Shown: positions 50,238-63,531, numbered from the whole stretch's first letter. The stretch: 63,531 nt of DNA, filler included, from Reticulomyxa filosa (GCA_000512085.1; 20 parts of 20 records of this genome joined end to end with filler, not necessarily neighbours in it); one strand, 5' to 3'. The notes: generated by a model from the sequence alone, not told the origin. A program made the numbers and translations.

Positions 50238-51691
50238 ATGTTGGAACCCTTTGAACGGACATGTGGGCATAATAACGGCGTTTAACTTTCCACTAGCAGT
50301 AGCGTTTTGGAACACGGCACTCTCGTTGGTCTGTGGTAACACGCAGATATGGAAAGGAGCATCGACAGTGCCGTTGATAACCATAGCGACGGCAAAGGTA
50401 ATGGAACAAGCATTTGTGGATAGTGGCTATCCCCCGGAGATTGCCTGTACGATAACTGGAAGTGGCCGAGACGTCGGAAGCAAATTCGGACCTGACAAAC
50501 GACTGGAACTGATTTCATTCACAGGTAGCACCGGAGTCGGCCGAACCGTCAATGAACAAATCGCAACTCGGTTTGGGAAGTCGATCATGGAGTTGGGAGG
50601 CAATAATGGCGCCATCATTATGGACGACGCAGACCTCAACTTGTCTTTGAATGCCGTCTTCTTTGCTGCCGTCGGCACTGCTGGTCAACGATGCACCACT
50701 CTGAGAAGATTATTTTTGCACGAAAAAATTTATGATGAGTTCATTGCCAGATTGGTTGATAAATATAAACAAGTCCAGGTAATGTCATTTTTTTTTTTTT
50801 GTAACTTGTTGTTGTATTTTATAACAATACAACTTTTTATGTACATAATATAATGCGTATATATTATGTATAAATATATGTTTATGTATCTATATTTGGA
50901 GAATGTGAAAAAGGGGGAAAGGCTCCCCCCCCCCTTTTTTTTTTTTGTTCTGTTTGTTTACGTATACCCAATACAAAATGGGTGAAATAGTACCTAATTT
51001 TAGCAATTTTTTGTGAAAAAAAAAAAAAAGAATTGGAGATCCTTGGGACTCGAACACCTTGTGTGGCCCTTTGATCACGAAAGAAGCAGTGAAGGACTAT
51101 GAAAAGGGCATTGCGGCGGTGAAAAAGAGTAAGTCATCTAAGATAAGCATTGGTGGCAATGTGTTGAAGCGCCCTGGAAACTTTGTTGAACCCACGATTG
51201 TGGAGACAACCCACTCAGAGCCGTTTGTGAATGAAGAGCTATTTGCTCCTGTGTTGTATGTTATGAAATTCAAAAAATTTGAAGAGGCAGTTGCTATGCA
51301 CAATAGCGTTGTTCACGGCTTGAGCAGCTCTCTGTTCACCAAACGACACGATCATATCTTCACTTGGCTTAGTTCTGTTGGTTCTGATTGCGGCATTGTC
51401 AACGTCAACATTGGTACCTCTGGAGCCGAAATTGTTTCGTTTTCTTTTTTTTTTTCTCTCTCTCTCGTTTTCTTTCAGGCACGTACATATATCTGGTGAA
51501 ACGTTATTTGTTGATTGATGGGGGAAATAATAATAAAGGGAGGAGCATTTGGAGGTGAAAAAGAAACAGGAAATGGACGTGAATCAGGATCCGACTCTTG
51601 GAAACAATACATGAGACGATCAACATGCACTATCAACTACTCATCTGGTCTTGTCCTTGCCCAAGGCGTACAGTTTGGATCAAACAATTAA
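50237..51691 (+). CDS. ALDH7A1: Aldehyde dehydrogenase family 7 (antiquitin), C-terminal part, 3 exons
   Basis: [21 protein letters not shown], catalytic [15 protein letters not shown] and [10 protein letters not shown]|[35 protein letters not shown]. Introns at 50779-51030 and 51434-51538. Confidence 0.96.
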
Positions 51692-52020
51692 TGCAATCTT
51701 CAATTCAAAACATGACTTTTATGAAGAAAAAAAGTAAACACATAGATAATGAGAAACATTAAAAAAAACAAAAAGTTGTGCTAGCTTCAAGGGCTGTTGT
51801 TTTGTTTTTAATATTTCATTTATTGAAATATGAGGCGTGGGGGGTTATTCCCTTTTTTACACATTAAGTGTAGGCCTTGTGTTTTATTAATTACTCCAAC
51901 TAATCTTTGATTTTTTTTATGGTAACGTTTTCGGTATTGTAATTTGAAAGTAGAGGATACAACAATTTTCCTCCTTCTCTCTTAAATAACGAATAAGTCA
52001 AACAGCATAACTTTCTTCAA

Positions 52021-52721
52021 ATGATCTATGGTTCATATCACGAAAAATTATACTTGCCATTTGACCATCATTATCAAAGCTGTTATTTTGCGAGAAGAAT
52101 GATAATATAAGTTAATCTCGCTTCAAACATTGGCTTTTCAAGAAAGCCAGCACAAGACCAAGAAGGCAAAAAAGTTTGTTCGGCGCGAAAGAAATTACAA
52201 AAAAAAACCCTCTCTCGCGACTCATGCAAAATAAAGACCAGTTCAGCGCTTTTGACGTGTCAGTGAGCCAGGGAGACCATGACCGACAGCCGTCCTTGGA
52301 AGTGGAGACAACAACAACGGCGGTGGTGTCGCACATGATCGACGCGGCCGGCGTGAAAACGAAACTGGCGCAAACGGTGCGATTATTATCATTTATTCGT
52401 ATAATTTCGCTGCTGGCACAAGGGATAGTGGCGATTTTACATCAAAAGAAAGGGCAGCACGTGGTATTTGGAACAATGTACGGTTTTAGTCTGCTGAGCG
52501 GAATATTTGATGTGGTCGGAATATTCAACTACTATGTCACTGCAGTTGGGGTACTGGGCATCCAAACAGCGTTGTCGGTCTTGTTCATGTGGGCATGCAA
52601 TTGGACCTTCGTTCCAATGGTTGTATTTTGCGTATTGGGTTTCATTCAACTCAGTTTTGAAGATTTGTTTTATACATATATGTATATGCATATATTATGT
52701 ATCTTTATGAATGTTGTGTGA
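52021..52721 (+). CDS. Hypothetical small multi-TM protein (partial)
   Basis: 181-aa ORF (52176-52721) with about four hydrophobic segments, running into an intron-like tail. Confidence 0.45.
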
Positions 52722-54025
52722 AAAGGGAGGGGGGGTTCCTTAAAAAAAAGGGGGTTTAAAATTTTTTTTTTTTTTTNNNNNNNNNNNNNNNNNNNNNNNN
52801 NNNNNNNNNNNNNNNNNNNNTTAATTAATTAANNNNNNNNNNNNNNNNNNNNNNNNNNNNNNNNNNNNNNNNNNNNAGGTAAAGATCAATCATTTCTATA
52901 TCAAATTTCATAATCTCTTTTTATAACTTGTTTTTTGTTAAAATTAGCTGAATAAAAAACATAAACAAATTTTTAAAAATGTGTCTTGAATGTGCTTCTT
53001 TCTGGACATATCTTATTTATTTACAACAAATAAATATCTTTCTAAAAAAGTAGCATTAACGAAAATGATGCTGATAATATTTGACTAATACTAACAGTTT
53101 GGTCAAAGAAAAATGATAAAATAAGTTTATTCTGATTTTTTTAATATTTATTTGTGATTTGAAAAAACATAAATACATTATCCAAAATATCAAAATAAAG
53201 TATTTTAAAAATTTTGTTCGTAGAGATATTTCATGAAGATCACTTGCATTCATTTTGTTCAAAACAAAAGAAAGAATAAAATGTTAAAATAAAGAATTTT
53301 AAAAAGTGTAGTTCATGTGCTTATTTTCGAACTTAGTACATTTTATATATTTTATGGTTTTTTTGTAAGCGCAACACTTTAATATGTACCTGAATATTAA
53401 AAAAAGCTTATGTAATGATAAAATATTTTAAATAAAGGATTTGTTTATTGCAATATGTATAATTCAACAAAATTATTGCGTGCTTTCAGTTGACTTCTTA
53501 CTTATGTTCATTTCATATAACAAATGGTACAAATATGTATTAGTGACATGTAACAATTTAGTTGTTGCATTGTCTCAATAAGTTACTTTCCTCTTTTTGA
53601 TATAGTGTTTGTGTTTGAATAATTATGTAGATGATTAGCATAAATGGATAAACAATGAAAGCTATTTGTAGAAAAAATTGAACATTTCTATATGAATAAT
53701 TTTACATATTATCATCACTTTCTTTGGGAAAAAAAGTATTCGGACATTGATAAAATATTATAAAGTAAAAAAAGCTTTGTGCGATTACAAAAGGCCCTCA
53801 GAACATTGCTTTTGTTTTCTTTTCTTAGTTTGTTGCTTCGTTGGGTTCTGTTTTGATTATCTTTCCTTTGTTTGTTTATTTCCGATTACAATGGCATAAA
53901 GATATTTGCCAATCATTGGTCGTTTNNNNNNNNNNNNNNNNNNNNNNNNNNNNNNNNNNNNNNNNNNNNTTAATTAATTAANNNNNNNNNNNNNNNNNNN
54001 NNNNNNNNNNNNNNNNNNNNNNNNN

Positions 54026-54066
<41 letters not shown>

Positions 54067-54089
54067 ATCTGTGTTTAGTCAACTGTATC

Positions 54090-54571
54090 ACGCATTTCCC
54101 AAAACGATAAACTTGCTTTGTCGAGCAATTGCGGCAACAGTATTTCGAATATTCCTTCTCCCAACACTTCTGAACTAATCGCGCAAGCATACATTAATGC
54201 TGTTTGGTGATTCTATGTAATTCAAAGTCCATATAAACACATATTCATATACATACACGGATATGTACACATTATACATATCCGTGTATGTGTGTATATA
54301 TTCCGTATATAACTTTGTTAGTGAGAACGAGTAATTGTTTATAAAAGTGATCAGGTATTATTTTCTTCAACAAGTGTAATCGCTCAAGACAGTTTGGGTG
54401 AGAGTTTTGGACAGCCAGATGCAATAAATAGTTTCCGCTTTTGGGATGTCTGTTCAACCAAAAGTCTGGATTGTGCTCCAAATGTTTTGGAATTAGCCAT
54501 CTCAGCAAATTCTCGTTCAAGTCGTCTCGATATTGACACGCATACAACAACGGAAGTGATTGCAACTTGGC

Positions 54572-54603
<32 letters not shown>

Positions 54604-55685
54604 TTGACAAACACACAATCCAAAATTCAAATTTTTTTTTTTGTTTTGTTTTTTTTTTTTTTTTTTGAAGCGAGGGATGGCATTTAGTAAAAACAAAGTT
54701 TACTTTCATATGTTCCAAGGCATCGGAGGGAACATATTGATTTAATAGTTTTAGCCGTGAAGCGCAATTTGGTTCGGAGTTTTTCACGGCCAATGCCAAC
54801 ACCGAGTCTCCATTCTGTCATGACACAACATGTCCAGACAATTGTATTAATGCGAAAGACATAACACAGCACAACACAAGCATAAACATAAACATATGAC
54901 CAAAGTGTGGCATGTGCATACCTTGTTGGGGGTAGTCCAAAAGTCAGCGTCGCTCTGATACTTGTGTGGCAGCAATAAACCGATCATGAAAAAACCAATT
55001 TGCTCTTGGCATGAAAACGCCTCCATTAAGGGAGTGCAATTGTCCTATGCATTTTTTTTTTTTTTTTTTTTTTTTTTGGAATATTGAAAATCAATTTCAC
55101 TACATTCTATAGACAGGTAAATAAATGACATTACTTTGTTTTTTCTTGTCAACAAGTTTTCATAAGACTCGGACGGGATCAAAGACTGCAATACCCGCAA
55201 GCGAGAAAGGCAGTTTGGATTTGGGTTCTTGATCGCCAAGTGCAACAGCGTATTACCGTCCTGGAGTACATGCACACGCATAGAGAAACAGTCAGCGAAT
55301 AGTTTTACAACTTGCAAAAACACGTGAACAAAAAAAGGATAAGATCACATAACAAAATCGGTTTGCTCATAAAACTCTTTTTTTTCAATCAGTTTCAACT
55401 TGGATGGGGCCAACATTTCCAACACTTTTAATTCAATGTGTTCTTGTACGAAGCACGCATACATTAGCGATGTTTGTCCAAACTTTGCCAAAAATAAAAA
55501 TAAAAAAATAAAAGACAAATAATATTGGAAAGAATGATAAACTAATGAAACAAACACCTTGTTTTGTAAGTGCAACAAATCTTCAAATAGCGTGTTGTCT
55601 TGCATCAATTCCCGAATAAGCTTCAATCTGGACACTCCATTGGAGATTGGATTGTGCAATGCCAAATGCAGAATCGAGTTGGAAT

Positions 55686-55716
<31 letters not shown>

Positions 55717-57150
55717 ATAAGAACAAAACATACATTATCCATTGATCAAACAACAGCCATAAATTAATAATTAGCAACGGCCAAAAGAACACGACGTATA
55801 TACGTATATATAGCGTACATGCAATGTATATAATATACGTATGTATATGTATACTTATTTAACATTAGGTTCCACCATTTCCCAATAGTTTGCATCGGTC
55901 TGCTTCGGCACAAATAATTGAATGATAAGGGGATCATGTTGAAACACAACAGCAGTCATCAACGCATTGAAGCCTAAATCGTTGACCTCTTCTTTCAGCT
56001 GCCTCTCCACCACGTCAAAGGGGACGAGACTGAGAATCGTTTTGGCACAATTGAAATCCAAAGCTGGAAATGACAATTTGGAAGAAAGAGGATTTTCCAA
56101 TTGGTGGCGTGACAGCATTTTGAATTGATAGTCTTCCCATCGTTGGCTATTGGCTGACTCATCGTTTTCCGGCAACGTCGGAGAATTTGTGTTTTTATCA
56201 GTTGATCCCCCTTTGGCATTCCACCGGCTGTCTTTGTCTTCCTGTTTTTTGAACGCGTTTGGAAAGGGATAAACGCCATGGACGTTGTTGCAACATTTGG
56301 CCATTCTCATCATAAAATTATTTCCATCCAAGTCTTTTTGATACATTATAAAGTGGGAATTTTGGAAACAAAACGGGTAGCGAATGATCAATGGGATGAT
56401 CATTTTGCGATCAAACATGGAAGACGAAAAGGTGGTCAATTGCAACTTTTTATCAAAATAAGAAAACAATGTATGGCCAGGATGTAGCATTAAATGTTGG
56501 TTTCCCAAGAAAGATCGGTTACTCACTGAAAACCGTTTTGACGCTGTCTCTTTTTTTTTTTTTTTTTTTGTGTGGATATTTACGTATACGTATACGTTTT
56601 TCTGACAATTAAAAAAAAAAAGCACCAGTGAGTTGATAGCTCCCCAGGTTGTCCAAAGCTAGTCTTTGTGTGCTGTTCTCATGGTCGCTCTCCTGTCCAT
56701 CTGCAAACTCGGTCATGGGATCGCCATCGTGGTGTTTCGACAGTGCAATCGTGTAATTGCTTTTATCCACGTCATTGCGCTTCATCACTTTTTTGCTTTG
56801 TGCTTCTACGTGACTGGGGGTCAATCTTTATATACATTTTTTTTTTTTTTATCTTGCGTTTTTGCATGCAACTTACAATAAAACAAAACAAACAAAAAAC
56901 TTGTCTTTTGCGACGGATAGAAATGTATTGGAAACGGCATTGACCATGTGTTTGCCATTACTTAGGGAAACTGCATCCACGGGTGGTTTGGTGTAATGCA
57001 TCCCAACTGCTTGCGTCAAATAATGATGCGCCCCCTGTACTAAAGGACGGTAACGATTTCGAAGGATGTAAAACAAGTGTGTGTGTCGTCGAAACTCAAA
57101 CATGCATTTCAAGACAAAACGGATTTCGCAAATCATTGCACGTTGGTTGT
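54090..57150 (-). CDS. Ankyrin-repeat protein with alternating repeat types (many exons, partial)
   Basis: Repeats GFNALMTAV, SILHLALHNP, GQTSLMYAC, GNTLLHLAIKNP, CTPLMEAF, DSVLALAVKNS, LPLLYAC, GNYLLHLAVQNS and QTALMYAC. Confidence 0.8.
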
Positions 57151-57213
57151 GCTTGAAACACACAAAAAATTTTTATGCATTGATATTCATTAATTTTTGG
57201 CAATTTGAATTGC

Positions 57214-57252
<39 letters not shown>

Positions 57253-57394
57253 NNNNNNNNNNNNNNNNNNNNNNNNNNNNNNNNNNNNNNNNNNNNTTAA
57301 TTAATTAANNNNNNNNNNNNNNNNNNNNNNNNNNNNNNNNNNNNNNNNNNNNTTTTTTTTTTTTTTTTTTTTTAATTTTAAAAAAAAAAAAAAA

Positions 57395-58386
57395 TTAATA
57401 ATAACTTTGGATTTCAAACACATCATGACATTTCGTGATCTTGAATCCACATATCAAAACGATTATGCTTGTGAAGAGTGAGTATGAAGTGGCAAGCAAG
57501 CCTGTGTCATGATAATACGCCGAAAACTGCAGAACTGCAGCAATACTAAAAAAGACGCAAAAATACAATGTAAGCACGATAAGCACGAATTTCGTGTTCC
57601 CCAAATACCTGCGATAGCGCAATGTCCATCTCGTGTTGCTATCGTCATCACCACTACTATCGCGACGATTTACGCTGGGATACGTACTTATCCCTGTTGT
57701 CGCAGATAGTGATCCTAGTGATGGCATTGCTTCTGTGGTGAAGGGTTTATTACTATCAGGTGTACCTACCTCAACTTCTACTTCATGTTCAGCTTCAGAT
57801 GTCGACTCAATTCCAAGCTTTGTATTTGTGTCCGTATTTGTATTTGTCTTTGCATCAGACACGTTATTACTATTATGGTCAGATACAAAATGTGACGCTA
57901 CGTTATTTTTGCTTAGTTCGTGTACACGTAGTCGTCCCAAATACAGCTGTTGTTTCCACGCCAATTTACTCAGATCCTTTCCCAATTGCCAATCGTAATA
58001 CAAAAACCAAAAGCGGGGAATCAACATTGTTTCGTGGATTAATACCGACAATGAAAACCAATCGTATACTTTCTGGCCGGTTGGGTCGTTGCCAAACATT
58101 AAATTGTAACGGCAAAATGGGAGCACCACTTTTTTTTCCCCCCATCCCCCCATTTTCAACTTTTTTTTTGTCGATGAAAAAATAAATACACACCAATTTC
58201 AACAATAGTGCAAGCGGATAGCACAATTGTCGCCAAAGGCCTTCTTCGATAAATAAAGTCCAATTTCTGGTATTTCCAAAAGTTGTACAACAGATAACAT
58301 AACACTGGTGCAATCACAACCTCTCTGAAAAACAGCAGCACCAAAAAAAAAGTCTTAGCCTCATTTTTATCAAAAAGCGTAACCAT
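57395..58386 (-). CDS. 7TM-RGS-like protein, N-terminal transmembrane half (paralogue 2, 3'-truncated)
   Basis: Multiple TM helices with motifs FIYRRRP, PRFWFLYYD, RYLGN and HDVFEI, as in plant/protist 7TM-RGS TM regions. Lies downstream of an RGS-bearing gene on the same strand. Confidence 0.55.
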
Positions 58387-59722
58387 TTTTGCTTGAATAA
58401 CTACTGTAAATACACAAATGTCTTGTATTTACTCTTTTTTGATTTTGTTCTTTGCGTCCTTTTTAAGAGCTACTTTTTTTTTTGGTACTCTCTTTCAAGG
58501 AGGCTTGTTTTAGTGAACATAATTTTTTTATTTTCCCTGTTGTTCCTGTCTTGAAAAATATGGTCGATTGAAATACTAACAATATATTTTTAACGCATTC
58601 GAAAAGTTTTCAATCTAAAAAATCTCAATTGTGATAAATTTTATATCTTGTGTCATGTGTTTACTGACAATCTGCAATTAATTTAGCAGCCACTTTGCCA
58701 ACTGTTATGTATTTTAAATATCTTTTCTATTGTTATGTCTGTCGTTCAACATTGTTTTTTTTTCTTATTTAGTTGTTTCTTTTATTCTAAACTTATTTCA
58801 ATCAAATCTAAAAATTTTGAAAAATGCAATACTAAATCAAACAATATTTAAACTATGATTTATAGTGTTAAATAAAAAGTGGACTAAATGTTGATTTTTC
58901 ATTGAGAAAATTTATTGTCTTTATAAGAAGCCATTTACCTATCAACTTATTTTAAAATTTTTATCATTACAGTCGTCATTCTCTCTTACCTTCTTTGTTT
59001 GTTGCTAGTTTTAACATTGGTAGAACTTTCAAATCTTTTGTTTGTTATATCTTTGATACTGTTAATATTAGAGTGTTGGAAGGAACGCTAGAAAGGACTA
59101 AATAGAAGCATAATACAAGTTGCTCTTTTGCATAAATATCAATAAAAACACAGACAACTAGAAGTAAAGTAAAAACAAGAGCGAAAAAGTGCAAGTTGGA
59201 AAAAAGGATTCCTAAATTCAAGCAGAGCCTCCCTTTGTACTTGCTAGGGCCTTGTCCTACAAGACTGCTAATAAGATAAAGTTCTCCTTTTCCAAGAATT
59301 TCATCACAAGTTGTTATCGTAATTGCTTTTTTTTTTGTTTTGCGTTCCCTTTTGTACCACGGTCTACGTGGGTCGGTTAACAAACGGGAGTGTTGTTACA
59401 TTCCCGTTTTCTTCTGTACTTTAAAACTTGGAGACGCGTACAACTTTTGAGGAAACAGAGACCTGTCAATGCTGTAAGATTTTGGGTAAGATCTTATTGA
59501 ACAAATTTTTTTACAATAGATTCATAACAACAACAAAAATCAACGATTATCCCCTCCTACAAAAAGGAGACAAGAGACAGAGCGAAAAAGAATTTAAAAA
59601 AATCCCCTTCTCTCCCCTCCTAATTGTTGTACTCGAGCACATAAAAAAGCGACAAAATATTTACCAAAGAAAAAACCAAGGATTTTTGAACACTAGAGAA
59701 AAAAAGGGAGAAAAAAAGTGTT

Positions 59723-60707
59723 TCAGATCAACTCTTCGCAATATCGAATACATTCAGAAGAGAGTTGAAAGCGATAAAAGGAATCACCTTTGAGCAAGTT
59801 GACAATGTCTCTGGCAGCAATATCAAAAACAACAATCAAAGGTTGCAAAGCATGTACAGTAGAGTTGTGTTTGAGTTCAGTCATTTGACGGGTGACAGTA
59901 TTGCTAGAATCATACGATAGATTTAACAACGCCACCGATTTTGGCATAACGTACTGGGCATCAGATAGCGAAACATGCCTAAACAAATAGCCCAAGAGGT
60001 CGAAGTGGACAGGTTTGCTTGCGCTAAATGCGAGGACAAGTACTTTTGAATCAAAGTCGGACAGATAGGGATCTGATACCCAATATTGGTCACATGACTT
60101 TGTAAATGGATAGTGACAAAGTACTTTAACTGCATATATTCCACCAAAAACAGTAAATTTTCCAAAGACAACTCTTTCACTAAATGTGATGCAAATAGCT
60201 CAAATCCATTCTGTTTTGACAGTACCTTTTCCAATGTCAGCTGATAGCTCATTTCGATGGCCGTGCGTCTTGCGCGTGTCTCTTTTGAATGCGATGAGTG
60301 TAAATCGGACACATTAGATAGATTCGACCAACACTTTTTGCACGTATCCAAATCTTTATCACCGTCCGCACCACCATTACTACCACCATTGCTACTTCTA
60401 CTTCTGCTACTGCCATTACTATTACTACCTTTGCTGGCGTTGCTCTTACTGATATTGCTTTCATAGTTGGACCGGTACCGTCTACGTATACATAAGCAAT
60501 TCCAGCGACAGCGCATCACACTATCCACCAACGGATAATACATGTTCTTAGGTCGTAATATTATCAGCATGTTTACCGTATACAGACCACTGACGCATGT
60601 CATTAAAAACAGTTGTCTTTCATAATACTTTATTGGGACCAAATATATTGTTAATAGAAATGGGATAGTCCAAATAATTTGGTTTATTGTTACCATTTTT
60701 AATTCCG

Positions 60708-60708
<1 letters not shown>
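59723..60708 (-). CDS. TM + RGS-domain protein (7TM-RGS-like), C-terminal half (paralogue 1)
   Basis: Two TM segments, then RGS motifs LEKVL...GFELFASHLVKELSLENLLFLVEY and QYV...LNLS...VFD.A...IVNLLKGDSFYRF. Frameshift near 59962. Confidence 0.8.
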
Positions 60709-60749
<41 letters not shown>

Positions 60750-61293
60750 NNNNNNNNNNNNNNNNNNNNNNNNNNNNNNNNNNNNNNNNNNNNTTAATTA
60801 ATTAANNNNNNNNNNNNNNNNNNNNNNNNNNNNNNNNNNNNNNNNNNNNTGCGAACACTGGATCTATGAAAAATTATTGCGAACAACTGGATCATAAGCA
60901 TTCTAACGAATTAGTGACTAAGATATCGCACCAAAGCATAGAATGCACAATCGTATTGTGTCATAATAACATTGATATAAATCGAGATGTTGTGATCAAA
61001 GTTTTTCGAGAATTGCAACAGAGTAAACACAAGAATGTACAAAAGTATTGTGATATTCAACAGTTAGTAAATGGCATATTGAACTGTTTTTCTAGTTTCG
61101 GAAAAATTAAGAAAGCTGAAATTAGATATGAAAACCAGAACCAATCAATTGTGTCTGTTCTGGACAAAAAGATTGGAAATTTTTTTTTTTGCATTTGATA
61201 CTTTTAAAAAAATACTTTATTGTGATGGTATATCGTTGCATCGCAAATATAGGTTTATCTACTGCATTGTGTCGAGCTTATTTTTTATTTTAT

Positions 61294-62330
61294 TTAAGCA
61301 CCGTTGAGTGATCTATGACAAATTTTTTTTCTTGGAGAGGCGCTCTCGTCGGTGTTCTCCAATTTTCTCTTTTTTCGTGATTTTTTTGCTTTGGTTTTAT
61401 TTTTGCATGTCTTGGCAGCATGGTTGGTACTATTATTGTCATCCTTTTCAGAATCATGATTATCATTGTGAGGCTTCTTTTTTTGAGCCGTATTAGAGGA
61501 TGTATTGTAATTAGATGGGTGTGAGGGGTTAGGTTTTTTATGGCCATTGGCTGTCAGTGATTGATAGTATTGTTGATTTTCTAACAAAAAAAGGACCCCA
61601 GTATTGAGATCGTCGATATATCTTTTATCTTCATTTAAGGCCCATTCGATGTAACTTTTCTTAAAACCAAAGTCGACATATTTTGTTACAGCCTTTGAGA
61701 AAGCCTCTGCATCGTCATTTTTTTTTTCAGTTGCATCTATTTTGCCTTCATACTTTTCGCAGTCATCACTCCAATCTCCTTGGCAATTTTCATGTGGGGC
61801 CGGTGAAATATTGCTCTTTATTGTCTTATTGTCTGCATTTGCTTCTTTCGACTTTATTTCAGTCCATTCCAAGCCATCATCACATTTATTGTTTTTCTCT
61901 TTATCCTCACATTCATCCTTTTTTTGTTATCATCTTGTGATGTTTTCCGTGTATGACCACTTTTTTTTTTTTTTTTTGTTTTTGTTTCGAAAGGGGAAAA
62001 AAAGAGGGTTAAAAAAAACAAAAATATGTACGTACAGGCTCCAAGTCGGGCATGCGATTGGAGTTATCAATGGTAGGGTCAGAGGGTGGTTGTGCAAGGT
62101 GTTGGGTTTCAAAATGAACGATAACACACCAAGGAGAAGAGTTAGCGTGATGATTTTCACCCCAAGTGAGTCCAACGCCATAAAATATGGCCAATTCAAC
62201 CTCACGTCCTTGATACCTTTTTAAATAAGAGCAGGCATGCTGTATGGTGGCGATTACTTGTTCATCGCCAGTATTGCACGAGTTTAATGAAAATTGGGGA
62301 ATGTATGGCAAACGACAAACGAATATGCAT
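61294..62330 (-). CDS. Hypothetical protein with a UBA-like domain and basic tail (partial, 2+ exons)
   Basis: AVTKYVDFGFKKSYIEWAL...GVLFLLE resembles a UBA domain (MGF loop). Intron at about 61960-62034. Confidence 0.5.
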
Positions 62331-63078
62331 TTCTGTTTTTGTTTTTTTTTTTTNNNNNNNNNNNNNNNNNNNNNNNNNNNNNNNNNNNNNNNNNNNNTTA
62401 ATTAATTAANNNNNNNNNNNNNNNNNNNNNNNNNNNNNNNNNNNNNNNNNNNNTTTTTTTTTTTCTCTCAATAACAGCACTTTATCCGCACTACTTTTAG
62501 TTTTGTTTGCTCAAGGATTTTGATTCAAGTCAAACAAGTCGAACAGTTGTAACGATGAGTTGGATCATCTACTTTTACAATGACAATCTTAAGAGAAACA
62601 TCAAATAGTTTGCATTTACCAAAAATTAATTTTTCAAAAAATTTTAAAAAACAACTAAAAACATAGAAAGCTGTTTATTTTCAATTTAGCTTTTGCACCA
62701 AACCGTAAATCGTATTTTTTTTTTTTTTTTAGCTTCCCAAAGAAGAAGAATAATGACAACAGCAAAAATACAACCGCTTTTCTTAAAAAAAAAAAGGAGG
62801 ACAGAAAAGGGATCAAAGATAATCCGGTTTGTTTAAACCTGCAAATTTGAATTCTTGACAGTTTGGTCAATTTCAAATTGGAAAATGTATAAAATGGCCG
62901 AGACAAAGAGAAGAAAAAAACCAACAACAAATTGATAATTCAATATTACTGTGTATCCGTGGTTTAGATGGAATTACCATTTCCAAACACAGAAGAAAAA
63001 AAAAAGTCTTCAAATCAATGAACAGATTAAAGGTTGTTAGTTAATTTACTTATTATATATATATATATAATAAGTAAA

Positions 63079-63336
63079 TTAAGTCTGTGGAGTGATCCCA
63101 TCCCCAGACAACTGGTCTTGCAAAAGTGCAGGCAAGTCTCCACTGAAAGTGTGCCCATGCCGTCGATTCTGGTTCATTTTCACGAGCATTCTTTTGTGCC
63201 ATGATCTTCCCAGCAAAATGCTAAGAGGCAAGACCCCAGCATCGCGTTCGCGAGTCATGGCATCGTACACAAGATCTGCTCCTTCTTCGCTGATCGCATT
63301 GCCACTCAAGTGAATGGCTGTCAAACACGTATGCAT
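63079..63336 (-). CDS. RNI-like leucine-rich repeat exon
   Basis: TCLTAIHLSGNAISEEGADLVYDAM matches the LxxLxLxxNxIxxxGA pattern. Confidence 0.6.
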   Translation of the reverse strand: MHTCLTAIHLSGNAISEEGADLVYDAMTRERDAGVLPLSILLGRSWHKRMLVKMNQNRRHGHTFSGDLPALLQDQLSGDGITPQT

Positions 63337-63531
63337 CTTTTCGTTGTTTTTTTCTTTTGCCGGACTGTATCCCTCAGGGGATCACATCAATGCGAGCAGT
63401 ATGCGCACATGTATATATATATATATATATAAATAAGCAAATCACAAGTCTCTTTTCTCTTTATTTCTATTGTTTAAACAAAAGTCGAAAATTTAAAAAA
63501 AACAAACAAACAAAACTAAAAAAAAAAAAAA

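Noticed and set aside
52877-53925. Possible decayed TPR-family gene in an AT-rich contig
   Set aside because: No convincing motif; indistinguishable from intergenic DNA by eye.
1-63531. rRNA, tRNA, CRISPR arrays or an alternative genetic code
   Set aside because: None recognised by eye. Conserved genes read with the standard code and end in ordinary stops; in-frame stops cluster in multi-lesion relics.

Overview
This window is not one locus. It is about 20 short, unrelated contigs joined by an artificial 100-nt spacer (N44-TTAATTAATTAA-N44), so adjacency across spacers means nothing. Nearly all contigs are AT-rich, intron-rich eukaryotic DNA with long homopolymers and many decayed genes; the Kelch, ankyrin and 7TM-RGS families and the overall style suggest the foraminiferan Reticulomyxa filosa (inference). 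Recognisable genes: an ERCC6L2-like SNF2 helicase, an SLC12A9-like cotransporter, a MINDY3/4-like deubiquitinase with RanBP2-type zinc fingers, a SAM-domain/Rab5-like GTPase fusion, a VASt (GRAMD1/LAM) protein, ELF1, an SGNH hydrolase, ALDH7A1, ankyrin-repeat proteins and two tandem 7TM-RGS-like genes. There are also relics of CRE/SLACS-like non-LTR retroelements and a Tc1 transposase. One contig (5595-7157) is GC-rich, intronless and bacterial. It carries a polymorphic-toxin locus: a PD-(D/E)XK nuclease toxin tip, its cognate immunity gene (frameshifted at an A7 run), a relic and a second immunity-like gene. The most unusual genome-level signal is intron architecture: many 3' splice sites are preceded by poly-A rather than a polypyrimidine tract, often with a poly-T run near the donor that could pair with it. 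All family assignments are from motif recognition by eye; no searches were run.
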